A stretch of 64,000 nt of DNA from Patescibacteria group bacterium (GCA_028717225.1 JAQUOF010000001.1:30322-94321), one strand, 5' to 3'. Positions 43,916 to 52,263 are shown, counted from the stretch's first letter. Made by a program: numbers and translations. Notes: a model not told the origin generated them from the sequence alone.

Positions 43916-45358
43916 ATGTTGAATACAGTGAAATCCGCCTTTGGCGGAAAAAATAAATTTTTTGGTTTAGTTCTGGTTGCTTGGAGTTCTTTAATTTATG
44001 CGACGAATTGGCCAATGTTCCAAGGTGATGCGAAACATACCGGCCGTTCTGATGTGATCGCAGCACAAACAAACAATCTGCTCTGGAAAATAAATTTAGG
44101 AGTAGAATGTTCTCCTCTAAGCAGCCCGATTATTGGCTCGCTTAGCGGTCAAGAAAGAATCCTTTTGGGTACAGAAAGCGGCATTTATATTGTTGATTTA
44201 AAAGGAAATTTGGTCGGATTAATTGATTCTGGCTATTCCATTAAAACTACGATTGCGGCTTTAAATGATTTTATCTATTTTGGAGCAAAAGATTCTTTTA
44301 TTGTTTGGAATGCGGATAGCACAAAATGCCGGTCATATTATTTGGGAAACGGAAGCAATATTTCACATCCAACTCTTTTTAACGGCAAAATTTATGTCCA
44401 TGCCACCAACAAACTTTGGTGCTTTAATGACAGCGCTTTGGAATGGACATCTAATGATTTGGATAATGGCAACAGCCCTTCTTCAGCCATTGCCGTGGAT
44501 GACAGCGGTAATATTTATGCCGCCACCTTGAGCAATACTCTGGCCTGGTATGATTTTCGTCTTTATGCTTTTAATCCTAATGGAACGCAGAAGTGGGTGT
44601 ATGAGGGTTTTAGTTTTGAACCGGGTGGCATTTGTATGACTCCGACTGTCGGACCATCAAACGAAATTTTCGTCGCTACTCTTTGTGATGCCGGCTGGCC
44701 TTCGAGTCTTTATTCAATAAAAAATGGCTCAAAACGTTGGCAGCAAGGGGCAAACATCTATTACTTATCTCCGGCAATTTTCCAAGACAAAATTGTCTAT
44801 GGCAGCAAAGAAGGATTAAATGCGCGATTGATTTCTAACGGCAATTCTCTTTGGCAATATCCGACTGCGAGCCCGATTACCATTTCTTCTCCGGCTATTG
44901 GTGCTGATGGAACAATCTATATTGGCACTGACGGCGGGATTGTTTTGGCAGTCAGTAAAGACGGAACTCTGAAATGGCAAAATGACACTCAAGAAGGACA
45001 ACTATGTTCTCCTGCCATCGGTGATGATAGCACGGTTTATATTAATTCTTCTACTGGAAAACTTTTCGCCTACCGCCAACCATTCGGAATTGAAGAAAAA
45101 AATGAAACGGAAAAAGAAATTTTTAAAGCCATACCAAACCCATTAAACCTGGAAACGGAAATTCGCACTTCTGATAATACAATTCTTTTAATCTATGGAC
45201 TTAACGGTCAATTGATTAGAACCTTGTCTGATTTTCAGTTCTGCCAAACTTATTATAAAACTTCTTGGAATGGCCGAGATAATCAAGGAAAACTAGTTGC
45301 TTCCGGAATTTATTTTTGTCAGCAAAACGGTAGATTAAAACTGACCGTTATCAGATAA
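43916..45358 (+). CDS. Secreted PQQ-like beta-propeller repeat protein with C-terminal T9SS-type sorting-domain-like module
   Basis: Signal peptide MLNTVKSAFGGKNKFFGLVLVAWSSLIYA then WPMFQGDAKHTGRS (PQQ-repeat family N-terminal motif); C-terminus IPNPLN...LLIYGLNGQLIRTL...SWNGRDNQGKLVASGIYFCQQNGRLKLTVIR parallels the 4979..5866 tail; start trimmed from the tracked 43751. Confidence 0.7.
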   Translation: MLNTVKSAFGGKNKFFGLVLVAWSSLIYATNWPMFQGDAKHTGRSDVIAAQTNNLLWKINLGVECSPLSSPIIGSLSGQERILLGTESGIYIVDLKGNLVGLIDSGYSIKTTIAALNDFIYFGAKDSFIVWNADSTKCRSYYLGNGSNISHPTLFNGKIYVHATNKLWCFNDSALEWTSNDLDNGNSPSSAIAVDDSGNIYAATLSNTLAWYDFRLYAFNPNGTQKWVYEGFSFEPGGICMTPTVGPSNEIFVATLCDAGWPSSLYSIKNGSKRWQQGANIYYLSPAIFQDKIVYGSKEGLNARLISNGNSLWQYPTASPITISSPAIGADGTIYIGTDGGIVLAVSKDGTLKWQNDTQEGQLCSPAIGDDSTVYINSSTGKLFAYRQPFGIEEKNETEKEIFKAIPNPLNLETEIRTSDNTILLIYGLNGQLIRTLSDFQFCQTYYKTSWNGRDNQGKLVASGIYFCQQNGRLKLTVIR

Positions 45359-45364
45359 ATAAAA

Positions 45365-45400
45365 CCCTCTGCTATAAAAAGCAGAGGGTCGTTTTTTTTA
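45365..45400 (+). terminator. Intrinsic terminator
   Basis: CCCTCTGC-TATAAAAA-GCAGAGGG hairpin plus T-run after the stop at 45358. Confidence 0.7.
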
Positions 45401-45422
45401 TAAAAATTATATTGTTTAATGG

Positions 45423-45998
45423 CTAACAGGCCAAATAAACAACTTTTATTTTTTCTGATTTTATATGGAAATTTTTAATCAAATCTTTTTTTGATTTTTC
45501 CGAATCTGTAATGATTTTTTCCGCGCGCCGCAAGGCATTTTTCAAAATTAAAATAAAAAATCCGTGTTTGAAGGAATATATAAACTTTGCCAAAGAATTT
45601 TTATGTTGAGTCGGGTATTGCAGTAAGGTCAAATCATGAATCGTCACCACAAACCGGCCGAAGTAAAACAGGGGAACATTAAAGTGAAGAAAGTGAACCA
45701 AATCAAGGCGTTGAGAGGCGAGTTGCTTGGGAAATAGAACCTGCTCTTGCCAGGAATACCAGGGGTAATCGGCTAAAACCTTGTGAAAATGAGGGTTTTG
45801 GGGCTGATATAGATTAAAGCCTTCTTGTCGGAGGAAAATAAAATAATCGTCTTTTTGATTAGACTTTTCCAAATTAGCAATTAATTCCTGAGTGTAGCGC
45901 CCAATTCCTTTGCCTGTTGGGCCAAAAAATCTGGCGTCTATTCCAATTTTCATAAAGTTTTGTAAATTTCTTCTGTTTCTTGGGCGCATTTTTCCCAA
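45423..45998 (-). pseudogene. Truncated GT4 glycosyltransferase paralog (N-terminal Rossmann half only), tandem partial duplicate of the adjacent full-length gene
   Basis: 191 aa, >90% identical to residues ~10-115 of the 45950..47080 product, then diverges and stops where the full-length gene has its inter-domain linker; overlaps the upstream gene by 49 bp. Confidence 0.45.
45625..45957. repeat. ~333-bp direct repeat (copy 1) of the GT4 N-domain coding region; copy 2 at 46725..47057
   Basis: Near-identical stretches, e.g. CACCACAAACCGGCCGAAGTAAAACAGGGGAACATTAAAGTGAAGAAAGTGAACC in both copies, offset 1100 bp. Confidence 0.75.
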
Positions 45999-47080
45999 GA
46001 ATATTTTTTAATTTGTTCGCTGCCTTTCTGAATTAATTCTTCGCGAAGATTTTTGCTTTCTATAATTTGGTTCATAGTCGCAGCCATTTCTTCTATGTTT
46101 TTAGGATTAAAATATAAAGCGGCTGAACCGTAAATTTCAGGCAGGGGTTGATGTTTTGAGGCAATTACCGGCAAACCGAATTTCATTGCTTCCAAACCGG
46201 GCAGGCCAAAACCCTCAGACAGAGAAGGGAATACATAAGCCAAACCATTTTTATAAAGCCAGGCTAATTTTTCATCAGAAGCCTGACCGGGGAAAATAAC
46301 TTTTTCTTCCAATCCTAATTCTTGGGTTAATTTTTTTAAATTGTGATAGAAATAATCCATTTTCCCGACCAAAATTAAATGAATTTCCGGGTGTTTGGAT
46401 AAAACAATTTTAAAAGCCTTGATTAAACGTTCTAAATTTTTGTGTGGATAAGCATTACCGACGTACAATAAATAGGAATTTGGTCCGCCAGCTGGCGGAT
46501 TGGAATTTGGAATTTCCACTGACGCAAGCGCCGCTTCATAAGTTACAGAGATTTTTTTCGGATTAATTTTGTATTGTTTCACAATTGAGTCTTTTATAAA
46601 GTTAGAAACCGTAATAATTTTTTCCGCCCGGTATAAAGCATTCTTAATAATCAAGTAATAAATAATTTTTTTGAAATAAAAAGTTAATTTACCGTGGGTT
46701 GAAGCTTTTGGTGTTGTTTGATTATGAGTCAAATCATGAATTGTCACCACAAACCGGCCGAAGTAAAACAGGGGAACATTAAAGTGAAGAAAGTGAACCA
46801 AATCAAGGCGTTGAGAGGCGAGTTGCTTGGGAAATAAAACCTGCTCTTGCCAGGAATACCAAGGATAATCGGCTAAAACCTTGTGAAAATGAGGGTTTTG
46901 AGGCTGATATAAATCAAAGTTATCCTTACGGAGGAAAATAAAATAATCGTCTTTTTGATTAGACTTTTCCAAGTTAGCAATTAGTTCCTGAGTGTAGCGC
47001 CCGATTCCTTTGCCTGTTGGGCCAAAAAATCTGGAGTCTATTCCAATTCTCATATTATTATAAAATTTAGGGGTTGACAA
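45950..47080 (-). CDS. GT4-family (GT-B fold) glycosyltransferase
   Basis: C-terminal EGFGLPGLEAMKFGLPVIAS (GT4 E-x7-E region); 376 aa; in-frame palindromic insertion encoding EIPNSNPPAGGPNS in the inter-domain linker. Confidence 0.85.
   Translation of the reverse strand: MSTPKFYNNMRIGIDSRFFGPTGKGIGRYTQELIANLEKSNQKDDYFIFLRKDNFDLYQPQNPHFHKVLADYPWYSWQEQVLFPKQLASQRLDLVHFLHFNVPLFYFGRFVVTIHDLTHNQTTPKASTHGKLTFYFKKIIYYLIIKNALYRAEKIITVSNFIKDSIVKQYKINPKKISVTYEAALASVEIPNSNPPAGGPNSYLLYVGNAYPHKNLERLIKAFKIVLSKHPEIHLILVGKMDYFYHNLKKLTQELGLEEKVIFPGQASDEKLAWLYKNGLAYVFPSLSEGFGLPGLEAMKFGLPVIASKHQPLPEIYGSAALYFNPKNIEEMAATMNQIIESKNLREELIQKGSEQIKKYSWEKCAQETEEIYKTL
46475..46515. repeat. Palindromic element copy (core 46484-46499) with GGAATTTGG direct repeats, in-frame inside the GT4 gene
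   Basis: GGAATTTGG-TCCGCCAGCTGGCGGA-TTGGAATTTGGAATTT; an identical arrangement occurs at 47894-47934. Confidence 0.85.
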
Positions 47081-47112
47081 AAATTAAAAAATGTGTTTAA
47101 ATAATTACTTAT
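47080..47112 (+). promoter_or_regulatory. Extended promoter GGGGTTGACA-N17(ends TGTGT)-TTAAAT
   Basis: Member of the recurring GGGGTTGAC promoter motif family (also at 43650, 55596, 56128, 61815 on the minus strand). Confidence 0.5.
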
Positions 47113-47151
47113 CCAATCATAAAATCCAGACAAAAATTAAAAGGAGGGGGA

Positions 47152-47412
47152 ATGTTAGAAATGTTAATAGAAGAAATTCTAAAAATATTAGAGAAAATTG
47201 AAACCTTTAAATGGAAAAAAGAAGTTGAGGATAAAAATTATTCTTACCAAGTAGAAGTGGATGGAATAGAATATTTCATCTTAAGGAACGCTTGTTTCGC
47301 AAATTCTATCCGTGTTATTGACGAAAGTAAGAATATACAAAATTATCCCAATATCAAGGGTGACCTTTCCAAAAGAATCAATTCTCTTGTTTTTAAAATT
47401 AACAATCAATAA
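47152..47412 (+). CDS. Hypothetical small protein (86 aa)
   Basis: Strong SD (AAAAGGAGGGGGAATG), dedicated promoter and terminator; no motif. Confidence 0.4.
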   Translation: MLEMLIEEILKILEKIETFKWKKEVEDKNYSYQVEVDGIEYFILRNACFANSIRVIDESKNIQNYPNIKGDLSKRINSLVFKINNQ

Positions 47413-47422
47413 GAACCACATA

Positions 47423-47461
47423 AAAGAGGAGTAAGAAGTATTTTACTCCCTCTTTTTTTAA
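47423..47461. terminator. Bidirectional terminator
   Basis: AAGAGGAGTAA-loop-TTACTCCCTCTT hairpin plus T-run. Confidence 0.7.
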
Positions 47462-47462
47462 T

Positions 47463-48701
47463 TTATTTTTTGCCAAGAGAAAAGATAAAAATTTCACGCC
47501 AAACTTCTTGATTGGCTCGGGCGTAAATAATTGATTGCCGCTTGGTCGATTTAATAATCGGGTAACTTGCCACAGAATCGGGCAAAATGTTAACTGTCTG
47601 CCAACCCATTTTATCAATCTCCGGCAAAATAAATTCGGAGAAAATTCCGTTATTTTGTTTTAAGTCCTGATAAATCGGGAAAATCATCACCACTTGCCCA
47701 TTTGGTTTTAAAATTTTTTGAAATTCTTTAAAAGCGCCAATGTATAAATCTGACAATTTAGACATTATGATCAGCAGTTGAGCCTTTAAGCTGGAAATTT
47801 TGGTTGGACCCAAATATGGCTCGGCAACAATTAAATCAATTGATTGAGGATCTATTTTTTTAGAAATTTCTTTAACATCAGTCTGGAAGATTTGGAATTT
47901 GGTCCGCCAGCTGGCGGATTGGAATTTGGAATTTTTTATGAGCCAGTCTAAATTTTGTTGAGTGTCTTTAATCGCCTCTGGGTTTAAATCGGCGCCAATA
48001 ATATTTTTATAACCCATCAAGGCCGCTTCTTGTAAAATTGTGCCCGCACCGCAAAAAGGGTCTAAAATCACTGCTTTTTTATCTAACTCGCCTGCCAAAT
48101 TAATCATAATTTTAGCCAATTTCGGCGGTAAAATTCCCTGTTCCATTGACCGATTTGGCCGGCCGAAATCACGAAAGCCGTATTCTTTAAAATCCTGACA
48201 AGTCAAAGTTCTGCCGAACAAAAACCCGTTTTTCTCGGCAAAAAATACAAATTCCGCGCCGGTTTCCAAAAGCTTGTTTGTTTGAACAATAACCGAAGAA
48301 AGCGCATCTTCGCGAGAAGTAACCCAGCGGGAAGAAATTCCTTTTTCTTTAAGATCTTTTTTTAAATTCAAAGCCAAATTTTTAATTAAATTTACGATTT
48401 GAGAGATTGAGGCCTGATGGTCTAAACGATAAACACTGAATCCGAATCTGACCTTGGCTGATTTTTCGGAAAACAAATCAGCCAGATTTTTTAAATCCTG
48501 GTTTGGCAAAATTTTGCCGATTTTAATCGTTCCGCCCAACCTGTTTTGCAAATACGCGAAATCAATTTCTTTATTTCCGGGTAAATCTATGATTAAAACT
48601 TCTTCTGATATTTTTTTAATCTCAAACGGGCCTGTGAGTATCTTTAAGATTTCAGCTATTGACAAAGTTGGATTATTGCCTAATATAAGAAAATATGTCA
48701 T
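47463..48701 (-). CDS. THUMP/UPF0020-type RNA (guanine-N2) methyltransferase (Trm11/RlmL-like)
   Basis: DPFCGAGT SAM motif I, IGADLNPEA, EPYLGP (motif IV variant); palindromic element inserted in-frame, encoding NSKFQSASWRTKFQIFQ between motifs III and IV. Confidence 0.7.
   Translation of the reverse strand: MTYFLILGNNPTLSIAEILKILTGPFEIKKISEEVLIIDLPGNKEIDFAYLQNRLGGTIKIGKILPNQDLKNLADLFSEKSAKVRFGFSVYRLDHQASISQIVNLIKNLALNLKKDLKEKGISSRWVTSREDALSSVIVQTNKLLETGAEFVFFAEKNGFLFGRTLTCQDFKEYGFRDFGRPNRSMEQGILPPKLAKIMINLAGELDKKAVILDPFCGAGTILQEAALMGYKNIIGADLNPEAIKDTQQNLDWLIKNSKFQSASWRTKFQIFQTDVKEISKKIDPQSIDLIVAEPYLGPTKISSLKAQLLIIMSKLSDLYIGAFKEFQKILKPNGQVVMIFPIYQDLKQNNGIFSEFILPEIDKMGWQTVNILPDSVASYPIIKSTKRQSIIYARANQEVWREIFIFSLGKK
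47894..47934. repeat. Palindromic element copy (core 47903-47918) inside the RNA methyltransferase gene, read in a different frame (SASWRT) from the leuS/GT4 copies (PPAGGP)
   Basis: GGAATTTGG-TCCGCCAGCTGGCGGA-TTGGAATTTGGAATTT. Confidence 0.85.
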
Positions 48702-48729
48702 AATAACATTATTATAGTTTAAATCATTA

Positions 48730-49155
48730 ATGTCAAATCTTATGTATGAAATTCTCTATATCATTCCCACTCCTTACACGGAGCAAGACGTACCGGTAAT
48801 TTCAAAAAAAATAAGGTCGTTGATCGAAAAAGCCGGCGGCAAGATTCTTAAAGAAGAAGAACTTGGCAACAAAAAATTGGCTTACCCGATTAAGCATATT
48901 TACCGCGGGTTCTACAACCTTTTTCGTTTTGAAATTGAAACAAAAGAAATAAAAGGAATAAACGAAGCAATCAGATTAACGCCTGAAATTTTAAGGCACA
49001 TGATTGTGACTCTTAATTCCAAGCCGATGAAAATTAGAAAACCGAGACACTCTGTGGAAAAAAAGGAAGAAGAAATTAAAGAAGTTAAAGAAGAAAAAAC
49101 AACTGTCAAAACCAGTTTAAAAGATTTAGAACAAAAAATTGACGATTTATTTTAA
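48730..49155 (+). CDS. rpsF: 30S ribosomal protein S6 with acidic/basic C-terminal extension
   Basis: MYEILYIIPTPYTEQD...YRGFYNLFRFE typical of S6; located in the rpsF-ssb-rpsR context. Confidence 0.9.
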   Translation: MSNLMYEILYIIPTPYTEQDVPVISKKIRSLIEKAGGKILKEEELGNKKLAYPIKHIYRGFYNLFRFEIETKEIKGINEAIRLTPEILRHMIVTLNSKPMKIRKPRHSVEKKEEEIKEVKEEKTTVKTSLKDLEQKIDDLF

Positions 49156-49178
49156 TCTAACCAAATAATTTTTTAATT

Positions 49179-49622
49179 ATGAATCTTAATAAAGTTTTGA
49201 TTATTGGCCGATTGACCAGAGATCCCGAAGCGCGAACCACTCCTAATGGCCAGAATGTGGCGACTTTCAGTTTAGCCACTTCAAGAAATTGGACTAGCGC
49301 TCAAGGAGAAAAAAAAGAACAAACCGATTTTCATCGAGTAGTTGTTTGGGGTAAATTAGCCGAAGTCTGCAGCCGCTATTTGGTTAAAGGGCAAGAAGCT
49401 TATGTTGAGGGCAGATTAACCACCCGTTCTTGGCAAGATGCCCAAGGAAATAAAAAATCCACCACTGAAATTATCGCTCAGGCTGTTCAATTTGGCGCCA
49501 AAGCAAGAGGAGGAGCTTCTTCAAATAATGAACCGCGCGAAGTGGAAGAAAAATCTTCACCTGACGAAGAAAAAGAAAATCTTCCCGAAGAAGAAATAGA
49601 TGTGGAAGAAATCCCGTTTTAA
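49179..49622 (+). CDS. ssb: Single-stranded DNA-binding protein
   Basis: OB-fold motifs (NKVLIIGRLTRDPE...VVWGKLAE), acidic tail ending EEIPF. Confidence 0.9.
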   Translation: MNLNKVLIIGRLTRDPEARTTPNGQNVATFSLATSRNWTSAQGEKKEQTDFHRVVVWGKLAEVCSRYLVKGQEAYVEGRLTTRSWQDAQGNKKSTTEIIAQAVQFGAKARGGASSNNEPREVEEKSSPDEEKENLPEEEIDVEEIPF

Positions 49623-49728
49623 TTAAATGCGAATCGCTACAAATATTAAATAATATTAAATACAAATTTTTACGAATATTTGTAATAATTTGTAAGCTCT
49701 AAAATTTGTAATAATTAGAATTTAAATT

Positions 49729-49938
49729 ATGGAAAATCAAAAACATTGTTATTTTTGCATCAACAGCGTTAATGAAATTGATTATAAAGACATAGAACTT
49801 TTGCGCCGATTTGTTTCCACTTATGAGAGAATTTTACCAAGCCGCAAAAGAGGAGTCTGTGCCAAACATCAAAGAAAATTAACTCACGCCATCAAAAGAG
49901 CAAGATTTATGGCTCTTTTACCTTTTGTTAAAAATTAA
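49729..49938 (+). CDS. rpsR: 30S ribosomal protein S18
   Basis: CYFC...[14 protein letters not shown]...RARFMALLP conserved S18 core. Confidence 0.9.
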   Translation: MENQKHCYFCINSVNEIDYKDIELLRRFVSTYERILPSRKRGVCAKHQRKLTHAIKRARFMALLPFVKN

Positions 49939-49945
49939 AATTATT

Positions 49946-50506
49946 ATGTTATCTTTGAATGATTTAAAAAATATCGGAACTATTCTTGAAATTGATGGCG
50001 CGCCATATGCGATAGTCAGCTCTCTTCATACGCATGTCGCCAACAGAAGAGCATCTGTGCGCGTAAAGCTTAAAAATCTTATTACCGGCCAAGCTTTGGA
50101 AAAAACTTTTTCATCAAGCGATAAAATTGAAGAAGCTTCCACCAGCACTTCCAAGGCAAGTTTTCTTTATCCATCCGGAGAAGATTTTTATTTTATGAAT
50201 GATTCTGATTATGAGCAGTTTGCTTTAAACGAAAAAATATTGGGCACGGCCAAGAATTTTTTAAAAGAAGGATTAGAAGTGGAGGTGTTGCTTTTTAACG
50301 AAAGACCAATCAGTATAAAAATTCCTAAAAAAATAGATTTAAGGGTGATTGAATCACCGCCGAGTGTCAGAGGTGATTCTGCCACTACTCCCAGTAAAAC
50401 CGTTACTATTGAAACCGGCGCTCAACTTATTGTTCCTATTTTTATTAAAGAAGGAGATATTATTAAAATTAATACTGATACAGGCGAATACGTGTCCCGT
50501 GTATAA
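49946..50506 (+). CDS. efp: Elongation factor P (Arg-type loop)
   Basis: EF-P KOW/OB architecture (LSLNDLKNIGTILEIDGAPYAIV...VRVKLKNLITG); loop VANRRAS at the modified-Lys position; start moved to the Met after the rpsR stop. Confidence 0.85.
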   Translation: MLSLNDLKNIGTILEIDGAPYAIVSSLHTHVANRRASVRVKLKNLITGQALEKTFSSSDKIEEASTSTSKASFLYPSGEDFYFMNDSDYEQFALNEKILGTAKNFLKEGLEVEVLLFNERPISIKIPKKIDLRVIESPPSVRGDSATTPSKTVTIETGAQLIVPIFIKEGDIIKINTDTGEYVSRV

Positions 50507-50590
50507 AGTGGGTTATTAATTTTTAACTTGCGAATTTATAAATATTAATAATCTAAAAAGCTAATAAGCTAATTCCTAAAAAGCCAAATT

Positions 50591-51637
50591 ATGACTCTTG
50601 ATGAAATATTTGAAGGCGCAGTTGCGCTAAAAGCATCAGATGTTCACTTAGCTAACGGCTTGCCCGCATTTTTCCGCGTTGACGGAGTTTTAAGGCCAAT
50701 ACAAAATTGGCCTATTTTTGACCACGAAATTATTTTAAAATTAGCTGAGCCAATCATGACTCCGGCCCAAAAAGAAGTACTTTTAAAAAAGAAAAATCTG
50801 GATCTTTCTTACCAAATTAAAAATAATATCCGCTTTAGAATTAATATTTTTTGGGAAAAAGGACATCTAGCTTTGGCGGCCAGGGTTATCCAGCCAATCA
50901 TTCCAAGTATGGAAGAAATCGGTTTGCCTCCGGTAGCTCATCAATTAACTCAACTTCAAGACGGATTAGTTCTGGTGACCGGACCGACAGGCTGCGGTAA
51001 ATCCACCACCTTGGCGGCAATGATTGAAAAAATTAATACAGAACGGGCCTGCCATATTATTACTCTTGAAGATCCGATTGAATATGTTTTTACTTCCAAA
51101 AAAAGTTTAATCGCTCAGCGCGAATTAGGGCAAGACATGACCTCTTTTGACTCGGCTTTAAAACACATTGTCAGACAAAATCCTGATGTAATTTTTGTCG
51201 GAGAAATGAGAGATTTGGAAACAATCGGACTGGCCATTACTTTAGCTGAAACCGGCCATTTAATTTTAGCCACTCTTCATACTACAAATGCTCCGCAAAC
51301 CATTGATAGAATTATTGATGTTTTTCCGCCTTATCAGCAAAATCAAATAAGATTGCAAATTGCCTTGGCCTTAAGAGGTATTATTTCTCAACATTTATTG
51401 CCAAAAATTGGCGGAGGCAGAGTTGCGGCCAGAGAAGTTTTGATTAATAATCCGGCAGTTGCCAATTTAATCAGAGAAAATAAAATTGCCCAAATAAAAT
51501 CTTGTATGCAAACCAGCGGCAAAGAAGGAATGTGCACATTGGAAAATGGTTTAAAAAATCTTTATCGGGAAAAAATTATTACTTTAGATACGGCCTTGGC
51601 CCATGCAACTTATCCGGAAGAATTACTGAAAGAGTAG
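50591..51637 (+). CDS. pilT: Type IV pilus retraction ATPase PilT
   Basis: Walker A GPTGCGKST, Asp box, His box, and PilT-specific ATLHTTNAPQTIDRIIDVFP motif. Confidence 0.9.
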   Translation: MTLDEIFEGAVALKASDVHLANGLPAFFRVDGVLRPIQNWPIFDHEIILKLAEPIMTPAQKEVLLKKKNLDLSYQIKNNIRFRINIFWEKGHLALAARVIQPIIPSMEEIGLPPVAHQLTQLQDGLVLVTGPTGCGKSTTLAAMIEKINTERACHIITLEDPIEYVFTSKKSLIAQRELGQDMTSFDSALKHIVRQNPDVIFVGEMRDLETIGLAITLAETGHLILATLHTTNAPQTIDRIIDVFPPYQQNQIRLQIALALRGIISQHLLPKIGGGRVAAREVLINNPAVANLIRENKIAQIKSCMQTSGKEGMCTLENGLKNLYREKIITLDTALAHATYPEELLKE

Positions 51638-51785
51638 TTTAATGACTAATTAGTCTAATTGATCTAATTAACCTAAATAAATCCCAATGACTCAATGACC
51701 CAAAAATTTCAGACATTGGGCATTTGGTTATTAATTATTGATTAGGTTAATTAAAAATTAGGTCAATTGGTCATTTTTACATTCT

Positions 51786-51857
51786 GCCTCCGTAGCTCAA
51801 AGGATAGAGCACTGGTCTTCGGAACCAGGGATACGGGTTCGATTCCTGTCGGAGGCA
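51786..51857 (+). tRNA. tRNA-Arg (anticodon TCG)
   Basis: Acceptor GCCTCCG/CGGAGGC, anticodon stem CTGGT/ACCAG, loop CTTCGGA, T-arm with TTCGATT; no encoded CCA. Confidence 0.8.
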
Positions 51858-51958
51858 TATAAACGATTATAGACCCCTTAAAATTGTTAATTTAGCAGTA
51901 ATTTGGCTTATTCTCCTCTTTAATTTTTATTTTTGATTTTTCAATTTTAAATTTTTTC

Positions 51959-52009
51959 GCCCCCTTAGCTCAATGGTAAATCCGCCAGCTGGCGGACTCT
52001 TAAGCAATC
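51959..52009 (+). pseudogene. tRNA-Lys-like remnant: 5' acceptor/D region plus anticodon loop, with the palindrome TCCGCCAGCTGGCGGA (51981-51996) replacing the D-stem/anticodon 5' stem
   Basis: GCCCCCTTAGCTCAATGGTA matches the first 20 nt of tRNA-Lys at 52064 (1 mismatch); ...CTCTTAAGCAAT matches its anticodon loop and 3' stem; no T-arm or acceptor 3' strand. Confidence 0.45.
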
Positions 52010-52063
52010 AATTATTATAATAAAATTAGATTTCTTTAAAAACTTAATTAGCAAATAATATAA

Positions 52064-52134
52064 GCCCCCATAGCTCAATGGTAGAGCAGTTGCCTCTTAA
52101 GCAATTGATATAGGTTCGATCCCTATTGGGGGTA
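52064..52134 (+). tRNA. tRNA-Lys (anticodon CTT)
   Basis: Acceptor GCCCCCA/TGGGGGT, D-arm GCTC-AATGGTA-GAGC, anticodon stem GTTGC/GCAAT, loop CTCTTAA, T-arm ATAGG-TTCGATC-CCTAT. Confidence 0.8.
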
Positions 52135-52140
52135 TTTTAT

Positions 52141-52215
52141 ACCTTAATTTAATGGTAAATCCGCCAGCTGGCGGACTCTTAAGCAATTGACGAAGGTCTG
52201 ATTCCTTCGGGGGTA
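52141..52215 (+). pseudogene. Second tRNA-Lys-like remnant carrying the palindrome (52160-52175) with a divergent T-arm-like hairpin
   Basis: Shares the 37-nt block AATGGTAAATCCGCCAGCTGGCGGACTCTTAAGCAAT with 51969-52005; the acceptor and anticodon stems cannot pair. Confidence 0.4.
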
Positions 52216-52219
52216 TATT

Positions 52220-52256
52220 AAAAGACCGCATATCAATTTAGGATATTCGGTCTTTT
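52220..52256. terminator. Bidirectional terminator hairpin after the tRNA cluster
   Basis: AAAGACCG-19 nt loop-CGGTCTTT; adjacent to the stop at 52264 (-). Confidence 0.55.
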
Positions 52257-52263
52257 AATATAA

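Noticed and set aside
47399-47617. 72-aa minus-strand ORF 47399..47617
   Set aside because: It overlaps the terminator hairpin and the 3' end of the RNA methyltransferase gene in another frame, with no independent signals.
51959-52215. Calling the two palindrome-containing tRNA-like sequences functional tRNAs
   Set aside because: The D-stem and anticodon stem cannot pair, and the first copy lacks a T-arm and acceptor 3' strand. They are best treated as tRNA-Lys-derived remnants.
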